Assembly: GCA_965203855.1 (NCBI GenBank)
Contig: CBDBDN010000009.1
Coordinates: 180,208 to 244,207 of the forward strand
Reading direction: 5' to 3'
Origin: Dehalococcoidia bacterium
Lineage (GTDB): Bacteria > Chloroflexota > Dehalococcoidia > Lucifugimonadales > UBA3495
DNA length: 64,000 bases
Below, in pieces: positions 1 through 9,565 of the stretch (its first letter is position 1; each line of letters starts with the position of its first letter). A program made the translations under genes and the position numbers. A model generated the notes under the pieces. The model ran no database searches, had not been told where the DNA came from, and saw nothing but the letters and a program-made list of their open reading frames with translations.

Positions 1-656
1 AGGCACGACGGGTTCTGGTCGTGCCGGCGGAACGGGTTAAAGTCATCTACAACCCGCTGCCCGGGGAGCAGATCCGGCGTCAGTCGCAAGAGGAAGTCGG
101 ACACCCCTGGTTTGCACTCGGCGCGCCGCCGGTAGTGTTGGCAGTAGGGCGCGATTCACGCGAAAAGGATTATGCAACACTAATCCGGGCAGTTGGGATA
201 GTGCGGCGCAAGATGCCCGCCCGTCTGGTCATTATCGGGCGTTTCAGCGTAAGGTCGCAGGGGGAGCTGATGGAATTGGCGCAGGACTGCGGTGTAGGGC
301 AAGGCCTGGACTTTGTAGATTTTGACGATAATCCGTACCGCTATATGCGGCGGGCCAGGGTAGTGGCATTATCCTCCCGCTTTGAGGGATTGCCGACGGT
401 GCTGCTGGAAGCGATGGCCTGCGGCACTCCGGTGGTAAGCACCGACACTCCATATGGACCGCAGGAAATACTGGAAGGCGGCAAGTGGGGCCGGCTGACG
501 CCCATAGGAGACGCCGCAGAGCTGGCGCAAGCGATGCTAAAGACTTTGCGGGGGGAACATCCGGCATCCGACGAACTGCGCCGCCGCGCCGCCGACTTTT
601 CCGCGCGTCGGGCGGTTGAGGCTTACGAAGCGTTGTTCCGGCAGCTGGCCGGCTGA
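1..656 (+). CDS. glycosyltransferase family 1/4, C-terminal part (5' end cut by window edge)
   Basis: Frame is open back to base 3. Translation shows the GT-B C-terminal pattern (VKVIYNPL, RFEGLPTVLLEAMACGTPVVSTD). Confidence 0.8.
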   Translation, partial: ARRVLVVPAERVKVIYNPLPGEQIRRQSQEEVGHPWFALGAPPVVLAVGRDSREKDYATLIRAVGIVRRKMPARLVIIGRFSVRSQGELMELAQDCGVGQGLDFVDFDDNPYRYMRRARVVALSSRFEGLPTVLLEAMACGTPVVSTDTPYGPQEILEGGKWGRLTPIGDAAELAQAMLKTLRGEHPASDELRRRAADFSARRAVEAYEALFRQLAG

Positions 657-748
657 CAACACCGGGTGCGGATTATTAACGAAACGCGCCAACAGCCTCG
701 CCGGCAACCGGTTGCGGACATAACTCTGATGATGGGAACGGGTTGCGG

Positions 749-2755
749 ATGAGCAAAGTGGATGGGCAAATTGAGCAGCCGCCGGCCCGCAGCGTCAAAT
801 GGCGTAGCCTGCGGTCTGACGCGCACAAGCGGAACCTGGCTACCGGAACGGTATTTGCGCTGCTGCTGGGGACGATTTGCGCCCAACATTGGCTGGCCAG
901 CCTGCCGCTGCCTTGGGGCGGGCCTAATGTAGTAATAGCCGGAGCGGCAACGCTGGCCGCGGCGCTATACGGCACAACCGAGCTGCCATTGGCCGCGCGC
1001 CGGCATCCAGGCCGGCGTTTCAACATATCGGGGATGTTGGAACGCCGGAGGGATGCCTTGGGGCTGACTCCGGCAGCGTTGGGCGCGTTGGCAGTGTCCG
1101 CCGTGATGGCCGCGTGGGCGCTGGGCGTATATCTATGGAACGGCAACTTTGAGCTGTATGAGTGGGGCAAGCTGGCGATGGGCGGCGGCGTGCTGCTGGC
1201 CGTGTGCATAGCGGTGAACAGCGCGCGGCGGGCCGGAATAGCGCTGCTGGCAATCATGTTAGCAGTGTGGGTATCGGCAGTATTCGGGCTGGCGCTGGCA
1301 GCAGTTCCGGAGCGGCTGGCATATTGGTGGGTGGTACTGGCCGACCCGGCGGAAAGGACAATTGGGGCGGTGGCAACCGAAGGGAGGACTTCCGGGCTGG
1401 CCGTGGAAACGGCGATTTTCGGCCAGCAGCTGGCGGTGGCGATTCCGTTAGCGATGGCGGCGCTGGTTGGGGGCGCCGCCGCCTTTGCCCCGTCTTTCTT
1501 TGCTGGCACACAGATGCGATGGCGGCGGCGAGTTGCACAGGCTGCTCTGTTTGCAGCGTTGGCGACGCTGGCGGTTGCGTTGGTGATTAACGGAACCAGA
1601 GCGGCGGAGTACAGCACGGCAGCAGCGATAATAATCGGCCTGCCGCTGTTGTGGAGAGTGCGCCGTTGGCGCAAGCCGGCGTTGTGGTCGTTGGGCTTGC
1701 TGGTATTGTGCCTGCTGGCGGCGTTCAACCCGGTGTTTGATGCGGGGGATTTGACGGGCCGGATTAAAGCGGCGGCCGGCGATAGGGGAGAACCGCACGC
1801 GGCCGGTATTACGAACAGCGCGCCGCGCGCAGATTATGGAACATCGCAGAACGGAAACCGCGGCGGAACGATTTTCGCCAATCTCAAAGCGGGCGGCCGG
1901 TGCGATGACGCTGCGGCAACGACACGGCTGTGCTACCGGATTTTAGGGCTGAACAGTCGCCGCAGCTATGTAGTGCAACTGCGCGCCCAGTACCTGGACG
2001 GCCACGGCAGCGAGATTGGCGAAACGATGACGCATCCCAGCCCGGGACAGATAAAAACGGTGTCATGGGACAAAACGGATGATCCGGGTATTGCCGGGTA
2101 CGAGTTTCGGCTGCAACCGGAGGGCGCGTCGGGATTTACGCCATGGCGAAAACTGGCAGACCGGGAGAAACGCGGATGGGAGATGACAATAAACGCAGAT
2201 GGTGCTAAAATGGCGGCCTTGCGTACCGCGCTGGATTTGTCCGAGTTTGAATACGGCAGGAATATCGCCAGTCTTTACGCTTTTGGCGGTTGGTCGCTGC
2301 GGAGCCGTCTCTACCAGAACGCGATGGCTTTCCGTTATGCAATGGACTATCCGCTGGGGGCGGGGAAATACGCACCGGACAAATCCCATATCGGTACAGA
2401 GGTCAATGCACGGGACGAAGCCTTTCTGTTGAATGCGGTGGTACACAATCAATTTTTGCGGACGCTGACGCTGTACGGGTATCCGGGGCTGCTGCTGCTG
2501 GGAGCATTGTACGCTCTGGCAGTATGGTCGCTGGGGCGGGCGGTGATAAAGACGTTGCGCCAAGGAGACGAAACGCTGTTCCTGATGGCCGCGGCCGTCA
2601 GCATGGCGCTGACCGCTTACCTGGCCGTTAGTATGCTGAATGCGCCGGGGCCGTTTTCCGGCGACTGGAGTCATTTCCTGCTGCTGGGGCTGGCGTTCTG
2701 CATTGAGCGGATTGCAACGAAAAACCAAGATAAAACCGGGGAGAGTCAGTCGTGA
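749..2755 (+). CDS. O-antigen ligase / Wzy-like polytopic membrane protein with a soluble insertion
   Basis: Many hydrophobic helices. C-terminal NAVVHNQFLRTLTLYGYPGLLLLG resembles the Wzy_C/O-antigen-ligase signature. A beta-rich, FN3-like soluble stretch lies at about aa 330-500. ATG 749 preferred over TTG 743. Confidence 0.6.
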   Translation: MSKVDGQIEQPPARSVKWRSLRSDAHKRNLATGTVFALLLGTICAQHWLASLPLPWGGPNVVIAGAATLAAALYGTTELPLAARRHPGRRFNISGMLERRRDALGLTPAALGALAVSAVMAAWALGVYLWNGNFELYEWGKLAMGGGVLLAVCIAVNSARRAGIALLAIMLAVWVSAVFGLALAAVPERLAYWWVVLADPAERTIGAVATEGRTSGLAVETAIFGQQLAVAIPLAMAALVGGAAAFAPSFFAGTQMRWRRRVAQAALFAALATLAVALVINGTRAAEYSTAAAIIIGLPLLWRVRRWRKPALWSLGLLVLCLLAAFNPVFDAGDLTGRIKAAAGDRGEPHAAGITNSAPRADYGTSQNGNRGGTIFANLKAGGRCDDAAATTRLCYRILGLNSRRSYVVQLRAQYLDGHGSEIGETMTHPSPGQIKTVSWDKTDDPGIAGYEFRLQPEGASGFTPWRKLADREKRGWEMTINADGAKMAALRTALDLSEFEYGRNIASLYAFGGWSLRSRLYQNAMAFRYAMDYPLGAGKYAPDKSHIGTEVNARDEAFLLNAVVHNQFLRTLTLYGYPGLLLLGALYALAVWSLGRAVIKTLRQGDETLFLMAAAVSMALTAYLAVSMLNAPGPFSGDWSHFLLLGLAFCIERIATKNQDKTGESQS

Positions 2756-5175
2756 AGAACCTGTCGGAGCGTTACTTTTCGGGAGCTATGCCGGGGCGGA
2801 ATTTCGGCATTGCCGTCGCAGCGTTGGCGGCGCTATTGGCGGTTCTGAATGTCTATGCGCCGGCGGAACCGACGGGGTTGCAGCGGCTGTTGGGCAGCCT
2901 CATCATCATTCTGTGCGCCGTGCCAACGCTGCGATGGATTGCCGGCCATGCCGAGCAATCGTTGATGCCCTATCTGGGCATCTTGACGGGCCTGTATTTC
3001 GGCAGCGGAATGTTCATCAGAAGGGATTTTTTCGGGCAATGGCTGAACGGCCCCCGAATTGAGGATTCGCTGATTGAAGTCGCTCTGCTGGTGGCGCTGG
3101 GGGGATGGGCGCTGCTGCTGGCGGGATATTATGGGATGGGCTACGGACGGCTCAACGGAAAACTGCCTCGTGTCAATATCACCGGGCCCAACAGCCAGCG
3201 CATAACGATGTGGCTGGCAGTGGGCATCGGGATATTTGCAGCGCCGTTTTTGTACTTTGACAACGCGCACGTATCGGCTTTTTACGCCGGCATTACGCTG
3301 CTGCCGGCGGCGATTGCGTTTCCGGTGAATCTGATCAGCGAGATGACCATATTCTCCATATTGATTTTGTACTACCTGTTGTTGAGGGGGGAACTGAACA
3401 CAGTCGGAAAGATATTTCTGGCGCTGTTGTCGGCGTATTATCTGGTGTTGGGGCTAAGCACCGGGCTGATACTGCAAGGGCTAACCGCGATATTCGCGCT
3501 GTTCGTAGCCCATGCGATGGTAGCGCCGCGGCCCACCTGGCGCGTCGCGCTGTACGGTTGCCTTACGGCGGCGCTGGTGTTCTTTGTACTGGTGCCGCTG
3601 CGTGATAACTTTCGCACGCTGATTTGGACGCACGGAGTAGATCCGGCGGAAGACCGTTCGTGGCGGCAGTCCGCTCATGAGATAAAAGTGAGCGCTGTGG
3701 ACATAAACGAGAGCGAGCCGATCATCCGCAGTTCCGACTACAGCGTGTTTTTGCGGGATGGGGTTTTGACTTATGCCCATCAGGATCCGGGGTTGTGCAA
3801 TGAAGCAGTGGAGAACGAGCGGGAGACTGCGTTTTTCATTCATTTGGTGCCGTTTGATGTGAATTTGCTGCCGGCGGCGCGAGTAGCGCATGGGTTTGAC
3901 AACCTGGACTTCGCGCTTCGGGAAGTTGGAGAGGTCGAAGACGGGCAGTGCGTGCATCGGGTAGCGCTTCCGGATTACGAAATCGATACCATTCGCAGCG
4001 GCATATACCTGCGTAATCTGGAAGAGCTGGCGCCAGTGCGGCAGGAGTTGCAAAACTATGTGGCAACCCGGAGGGAGGTGGATGCCAGCGGAGAATGGAA
4101 TTTGAGGACCCGGGACGCTGCTTCGTGGGAACTTGCTCCATTAGAGTCACCAAGCGACCCGCCAAGTCGGCTGATCGTGTTTTTGGATGACGAAATTGAA
4201 CTCAACAACGCGCTGTGGATCCAGCCCGGATACACATTGCAAATCAGATTGGACGAGGATAACTGGGCGCATTATGCCGTAGGGGAAGTTGTAGGCGCGC
4301 CAGGGCCGCGGCTGGTATTCCTGCTGGCGGCGTTGGTGGATTCGGGCGGCGATCGTTCTGCGCTGGGGCTCGGAGCTTCGGCCATAATGGATTATTCCAT
4401 TCTGAAAGCGGGATTACAGACGCCGGCGCCGGCCGTCGTATTGCCGAATGTATCGACGGAAACATTTGAAGGACCCGGGCGCAATCCAACGGCGCCGATA
4501 GCCCAGGAATCGCAAGTACGCAAAACATTAGCGTATCTGAGCTCTCTGGGGCGACTGGTTGACCAACCGCTGGACCAACTGCCGTTTGGCCTGGGCCGGG
4601 CGTTGATTTCCGCCACATATCGGCTGGATTTCCTGGTGCCGCTGGCGTATCTGATGAGCCAGGCGCCGGAGCGGATACCGTATCTGTGGGGGGAGACCTA
4701 CTACCCGATACTGCTGAAAGCGGTGCCGCGGGCGATTTACCCGGACAAGCCGGAAGATGTTACCGATTTAGGGCAGCGTTACGCATTTTTGCCGGAGGGC
4801 AACGAAATCAATGCGTTCAAAGTGCATCAAATTGGAGAGATGTACATCAACTTCGGCATTGCCGGCGTACTACTGGGGATGCTGATACTGGGAGCGCTGT
4901 TCCGGGCGCTGTTCCGGCTGTTTTTCCACTCCGGGGCTACGGCGGTAACGATGGCGGCCGGAGCGCTGATAATGACCAAGCTGCTGCTGGGGATGGAAGA
5001 CCTGGCATCGCCGGTATTGGGTTTCATAATGTGGTATGCCGCGCTGCTGGCATTGCTGTGGGCCGGCGTGCGCCTGGCGCATCGGGTATGGCCCGCAAGC
5101 CGGCCGGCACCGCAGGAGGAAGCGGCAGGCGTCGCGCAGCCGGCGGATGATGCGCGGGAGGAAGCGGCGCGCTGA
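2752..5175 (+). CDS. Wzy-type polysaccharide polymerase-like membrane protein with a large soluble insert
   Basis: GTG start overlaps the upstream stop. Multiple TM helices flank a roughly 330-aa soluble region. C-terminal VHQIGEMYINFGIAGVLLGMLILG resembles repeat-unit polymerase motifs. Confidence 0.5.
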   Translation: MKNLSERYFSGAMPGRNFGIAVAALAALLAVLNVYAPAEPTGLQRLLGSLIIILCAVPTLRWIAGHAEQSLMPYLGILTGLYFGSGMFIRRDFFGQWLNGPRIEDSLIEVALLVALGGWALLLAGYYGMGYGRLNGKLPRVNITGPNSQRITMWLAVGIGIFAAPFLYFDNAHVSAFYAGITLLPAAIAFPVNLISEMTIFSILILYYLLLRGELNTVGKIFLALLSAYYLVLGLSTGLILQGLTAIFALFVAHAMVAPRPTWRVALYGCLTAALVFFVLVPLRDNFRTLIWTHGVDPAEDRSWRQSAHEIKVSAVDINESEPIIRSSDYSVFLRDGVLTYAHQDPGLCNEAVENERETAFFIHLVPFDVNLLPAARVAHGFDNLDFALREVGEVEDGQCVHRVALPDYEIDTIRSGIYLRNLEELAPVRQELQNYVATRREVDASGEWNLRTRDAASWELAPLESPSDPPSRLIVFLDDEIELNNALWIQPGYTLQIRLDEDNWAHYAVGEVVGAPGPRLVFLLAALVDSGGDRSALGLGASAIMDYSILKAGLQTPAPAVVLPNVSTETFEGPGRNPTAPIAQESQVRKTLAYLSSLGRLVDQPLDQLPFGLGRALISATYRLDFLVPLAYLMSQAPERIPYLWGETYYPILLKAVPRAIYPDKPEDVTDLGQRYAFLPEGNEINAFKVHQIGEMYINFGIAGVLLGMLILGALFRALFRLFFHSGATAVTMAAGALIMTKLLLGMEDLASPVLGFIMWYAALLALLWAGVRLAHRVWPASRPAPQEEAAGVAQPADDAREEAAR

Positions 5176-5221
5176 ACCGCCACCGTCGGAATTGCGGCGT
5201 TAGTTAGGTAAGGGTCCAAAG

Positions 5222-6280
5222 CTAGCCAGGCGCGCCGCCGGCGTCGTCAACAGCGGCGTCCCGGCAGCCGGCATTCCACAGGGATTGTATCCAGCGGGCG
5301 GTTTCGGCAATGCCGGCGTCGGTTGAGTAAGGCAGCGGGCCGCAGATGCGCTCGGTAGGCGTCAAGTCAAACTGGTACTCGGTAAGGATGTTACGCAGCC
5401 GGAACGAAGTCAACGGCGCCGGCAAGCCGAGGGCTAGGGCGGCGTCGCCGGCGCGGGCGGCAATGCGGGCGACGCTGACCGGCATCGTGCGAATGGGGGG
5501 GGCGTGTAATTCCTGCCGGAAGCCGTCGGCCCAGCGGCGTAGCGAAAGGGGTCGGTAATCGGCGAGGTAGAACACGCGCTGCCGGATGTCATCCGTTGGA
5601 GCTTCCAGGATTTTGCGGTACTGGAAGGCGACATTTTTGACATAACCGTAGGATTTCCAGAGGGGCTGGCGTCCGATGTGAAAATACCGGCCGCGCCGCA
5701 GCAGGTTGAGGAAATGGCGGTAATGCTCTCCCATACCCGGCCCCCAAACGGTCGTGGGGCGGACAATGCACCAGGGGACGCCGGCGCCGTCCCGTTCCCG
5801 GATCAGCCGTTCCATCTGCGCCTTGCTTGCGCCGTAGAGCGTAGCGGGGTTGAATTCGTCATCCGACTGCGGGACATGGCCGATGGGGCAAACCAGCTGG
5901 GTTGAGGTAAATATGCCGAGTTGAACGGACGCGGCGGCCTGAATGGCGTCCAGCAGGTTGGCAGCGCCAAGGGTATTGGCGCCGTATCCGTCAATGCTCC
6001 GGGTTTCATCGAGGTCGACGCGGGCGGCCAGATGAATGACGGCATCGGGGGCCATCGTACTAACCAAGGCGATGAGGCGGTCGCGGTCGCGGATGTCGCA
6101 CTGCGCGAACTGCGGCGCGGCGATGCGGCACTGGGTAGGCCGGATGTCGCAGCCCCAGGCGTCATATCCGGCGGCAAGCAAAGTCTGCAAAAGGTGCCGG
6201 CCGATAAAGCCGGAGCTGCCGGTAACCAGGACGCGCCGGGCATCGGGCGATTTGGGCGGTATCGTATTCAGGACATTCAT
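5222..6280 (-). CDS. NAD-dependent epimerase/dehydratase (SDR family)
   Basis: N-terminal Rossmann motif VLVTGSSGFIGRHLL and YGASK active-site motif. Start overlaps the stop of the upstream GT gene by 4 nt. Confidence 0.85.
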   Translation of the reverse strand: MNVLNTIPPKSPDARRVLVTGSSGFIGRHLLQTLLAAGYDAWGCDIRPTQCRIAAPQFAQCDIRDRDRLIALVSTMAPDAVIHLAARVDLDETRSIDGYGANTLGAANLLDAIQAAASVQLGIFTSTQLVCPIGHVPQSDDEFNPATLYGASKAQMERLIRERDGAGVPWCIVRPTTVWGPGMGEHYRHFLNLLRRGRYFHIGRQPLWKSYGYVKNVAFQYRKILEAPTDDIRQRVFYLADYRPLSLRRWADGFRQELHAPPIRTMPVSVARIAARAGDAALALGLPAPLTSFRLRNILTEYQFDLTPTERICGPLPYSTDAGIAETARWIQSLWNAGCRDAAVDDAGGAPG

Positions 6281-7473
6281 CGGGTTTGAGACGAGGCGGG
6301 CCGGCGTTCCAGGATGTTGAGGTAATGTCCGCGCATTGCGGCGGCGATGGCGGGCCAGGAGTAACGGTCGGCGACCAGGGCGCGGGCATTGTCGGCCATG
6401 CGAGTGCGGCGGGCCGGGTCGGCAAGCAGTGCGCTAACCGCTTCGGTTACGGCGTCGCGCGCGGTGGGAACGACGAATCCGGCGGAATGCGCGGCGGCTT
6501 CGGGGAAATGGCATTGCTCGGAGATAACTACGGGGAGGCCGGCGGCCATCGCTTCCAAGACAGCAGTACTAAAGCCTTCCGAATAGGACGGCAGTACAAA
6601 GAGCTGTGACTGGCGGAGGGCGGCCTGCTTGTCGCTGCCGGTGAGCATTCCGGTAAAGAGCGCGCGGTTGCGGACGCCGTGGCTCCGCAGGATGGCTTCC
6701 ATAGGCGCCTGGGCGCCGCCCTGGTCGGGGCCGGCAACTAGTAGAAAGGCATCCGGGAAACGGCCGGCGATGTCGGCAAAGCTGCGGGCCAGCAAATCAA
6801 CGCCTTTCATTGGATGGATGCGGCCCATAAAAAGGATAATCCGTTTGCCGGCCAGCTGCGGGAAGCGGCGCAGCAAAGCGTTGTCAGCCGGGTTGGCGGT
6901 GTTGGAAAGGTCGGCGCCGTTGGGGCAGACGAACACGGGCTGAGAGTACCCGAGCTGCCGGATACGCGCTTTTTCGGCGCCGGTCAAGGCGTGAAGCGCG
7001 GCGGCGGAACGGATGACTTTATCCTGGACGAGGCGCATATAGAGGGCTTTTTTCAGGCGTTTATAGCGCAGACGCCAATCATCGAGGTCGCCGTGGAAGC
7101 TGATTACTGCGGGGATGTTATGGCGACGGGCCGCGCGGGAAGCGGCAAAGCCGGGATAGTGCCAGATTTCGTGGATATGGACGAGCTGGAAACGGCCGGC
7201 GCGCAGCTGGCCGTCAAGAAAGGGGGCCAGCCGAGGGGCATAGCCGGTCCAGAGGCGGGCCAGCGCGGCAGTGGGGAAGGAATGCACCGGGGTATCGGTT
7301 TCGGGTATGGAGAATCGGGATGCGGCGTTGTCGCTATCGGTTACAGTAGCGACTTCGCAGGATATGCCGGCGGCGGCAAGGGCGGGGATAAGGCCGCGCA
7401 GCACATTCATCGGGCCGCTGACTGCGGCGGGCAAACCGGGGACATGGGGAACGATGTGCAATACGCTTAACAT
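6277..7473 (-). CDS. glycosyltransferase family 4
   Basis: Start chosen at ATG 7473 (MLSVLHIVPHVPG), typical of a GT4 N-terminus. C-terminal EGFSTAVLEAMAAGLPVVISE motif. The 68 codons upstream in the ORF track look non-coding. Confidence 0.85.
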   Translation of the reverse strand: MLSVLHIVPHVPGLPAAVSGPMNVLRGLIPALAAAGISCEVATVTDSDNAASRFSIPETDTPVHSFPTAALARLWTGYAPRLAPFLDGQLRAGRFQLVHIHEIWHYPGFAASRAARRHNIPAVISFHGDLDDWRLRYKRLKKALYMRLVQDKVIRSAAALHALTGAEKARIRQLGYSQPVFVCPNGADLSNTANPADNALLRRFPQLAGKRIILFMGRIHPMKGVDLLARSFADIAGRFPDAFLLVAGPDQGGAQAPMEAILRSHGVRNRALFTGMLTGSDKQAALRQSQLFVLPSYSEGFSTAVLEAMAAGLPVVISEQCHFPEAAAHSAGFVVPTARDAVTEAVSALLADPARRTRMADNARALVADRYSWPAIAAAMRGHYLNILERRPASSQTR

Positions 7474-7653
7474 AACAATCCGGCCGGCTATCGGACGACC
7501 GCCTCTGATGGGTGATAAAATATCCGACTGATGATGCGATGTAAAGAATGGAATTGCTGCGGGTTTGACTTGATAACGGCGATTGGGGCGATATGGGCAG
7601 GGAACACTGGCGACGGGTAAGGCGTTGGGCCGGGCCGGCGCTGCTGATTGTGA

Positions 7654-9231
7654 TTGCGCTGGCCGGGGGCGGCGCACTTGTGGGTTCGTACCGGAGAATA
7701 CGGCCTGGGATTAACCAACGACTCGCTGCATTATCTGGCGGCGGCGGAAAGCATAGCGGAAGGCAAGGGACTAAAAGACGCCACCGGAGGGCCTTTCCTG
7801 CTGTTCCCGCCGCTGTATCCGCTGGTACTGGCGGGCGTCAGCCGGCTGGGGATTGAGCCCGTTGCGGCGGCGCGGCTGGTGAACGTCGCCGCATTTGGAC
7901 TGCTGACGCTGCTGGCGGGGTTATGGCTGCGGCGTCGTGTCAGATACGGGGTAATTGCCGGCGCCGGGGCGCTAACGGTGATGGCGGCGTCTCCGCTAGT
8001 CAATGCGGCGTCATATCTATGGACGGAAACGCTGTTCGTTCTGCTGATTTTACTGTCGCTGTTGCAACTGGAGGCGTTCTTGAAACGACCGGAGAGGCGG
8101 CTGTCGCTGGCGGCGGCGGCGGTCTGCGCCGGCCTTGCTGCCATTACGCGGTATATGGGGGTGGCGGCGATAGTTACCGGGGTTCTGCTGATACTGGCGA
8201 TTCCCAAGCTGCCGGCGCGGGTGAGGCTGGCGTATGCCGCGGCTTACGGGGCGGCGGCGTCAATTCCGTTGGCCGTGTATATGGCGCGCAACTATGCGCT
8301 GTCCGGGTCGTGGATTGTATCGCCAAATCGGAACGCGGCTTATACGATTGGCGATGCGCTGCGGGACTTGGCCGGTGGAGCGCTGGGCTACTTGCGGATT
8401 GACGATACGGCAGTTGGGGGTTGGCCCGGATGGTTCTGGGCGGGCGTGGGCTTGACCGCGCTGGCGGCGACGGCCGGGTTTTTGCTCTACTTGCGTTTGA
8501 CTGGGGCGGGCAAAGCTGGCGGCCGGGATACGGCCTCTACCTCCAGCCCGGGTACGGGTCTGGCGTCGGCGTTGCCTTTTGCGGTATTTGCGGCGGTGTA
8601 TGTTATGGCAGCGCTTATCGTGGTCAGCGACCGGGCCGCCCAAAGCATTGACAGCAGATACCTGATGCCGATACTGACGCCGCTGCTGCTGGTCGCAGCC
8701 CTGATGGCCGACCGGGTATTACGGATTGAGGCGCGGGGATGGCTGGCGGCGTTGAAGTGGCTGTCGGCGACGGCGGCGCTGCTGTTCTGGGCGGCGAACC
8801 TGGCTTATGAAACCCGCAGCGGGCTGGCGGAAACGGCGACGGCGTTGGAAAGCGGCTATATCGGGGATACTTACAACACCGCGCAATGGCAGAATGGGGA
8901 GACGGCGGCATACCTGAAAGCGCATTCCGTATCCGGGACGGTGTACACCAACCACGCGGGCCGGCTGTGGTGGTTTGCCGATTTGGAGCAGCGCAAAATA
9001 GCCGTAAGAGTGCAAGCGGATGATGACTGCCCGGCGTGGCTGCGGCGGGCAATGACGAAAATTGAGCGCAATGACGCCGTCCGGCAGGATTACGCTTACA
9101 TAATCTGGTTTGACCGGCGAGGGGAATACCGGAATTGGTGCGATATTGAGCCGGATAGGCTGCCGCCGGGGGCGGAACGGCTGGCGGTATTTGGCGACGG
9201 GGCGGTGTACCGGGTGCGACCATTGCACTGA
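7654..9231 (+). CDS. GT39/ArnT-like membrane glycosyltransferase (N-terminus probably displaced into another frame)
   Basis: Polytopic membrane protein with LTNDSLHYLAAAESIAEGKGL...FPPLYPL, as in PMT/ArnT-family enzymes. The expected first TM helix is encoded in a different frame from 7593. Confidence 0.7.
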   Translation: MRWPGAAHLWVRTGEYGLGLTNDSLHYLAAAESIAEGKGLKDATGGPFLLFPPLYPLVLAGVSRLGIEPVAAARLVNVAAFGLLTLLAGLWLRRRVRYGVIAGAGALTVMAASPLVNAASYLWTETLFVLLILLSLLQLEAFLKRPERRLSLAAAAVCAGLAAITRYMGVAAIVTGVLLILAIPKLPARVRLAYAAAYGAAASIPLAVYMARNYALSGSWIVSPNRNAAYTIGDALRDLAGGALGYLRIDDTAVGGWPGWFWAGVGLTALAATAGFLLYLRLTGAGKAGGRDTASTSSPGTGLASALPFAVFAAVYVMAALIVVSDRAAQSIDSRYLMPILTPLLLVAALMADRVLRIEARGWLAALKWLSATAALLFWAANLAYETRSGLAETATALESGYIGDTYNTAQWQNGETAAYLKAHSVSGTVYTNHAGRLWWFADLEQRKIAVRVQADDDCPAWLRRAMTKIERNDAVRQDYAYIIWFDRRGEYRNWCDIEPDRLPPGAERLAVFGDGAVYRVRPLH

Positions 9232-9455
9232 CCCGCTCCGGTAGGAGATGGCCGGGGAGGGAATGCCGGTCTGTGGATATTGACGCCGATGGGCAGGGGA
9301 TAGGCGGGATTGGTTCCCGCCAGGCTGCGGCATCGGCGCTAGGATGATTTTGCTGTGGCGGTGCCTCCGTTGGTACAGGATGGGGGGTTGTCAGGCGGTT
9401 GATTGAACTGCTAGCGGGGTTCGGGTTTCCGAGTTGGTTGGTTTCCAGGTCGGTT

Positions 9456-9565
9456 TCAGCCCTACGGCCGGAGGTTTTGCGCGTTGCTTTTCACGCGGCT
9501 GGCTTTTCGTCCGGGGACGGGGCGCTACGTCTGGCGCCTTGGCTGTGCCCGACTCCTTCGGTTAG
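9456..9565 (+). repeat. copy A of a roughly 109-bp conserved intergenic element (copy B at 63892-64000)
   Basis: Direct alignment of the two copies by eye gives 5 mismatches over about 109 nt, same orientation. Confidence 0.85.

Noticed and set aside
676-1728. 350-aa ORF antisense to the Wzy-like gene. Similar long antisense or overlapping ORFs occur at 29046-30560 (-), 40053-41723 (-), 42953-43888 (-), 45845-46996 (-), 47679-48566 (-), 51009-53228 (+), 53645-54910 (+), 55122-56057 (+) and 57640-58827 (+).
   Set aside because: These are shadow ORFs typical of high-GC DNA. Their translations are Ala/Arg/Pro/Gly-rich low complexity with no recognisable motifs and no RBS. Each is fully overlapped by an opposite-strand gene with strong family motifs.
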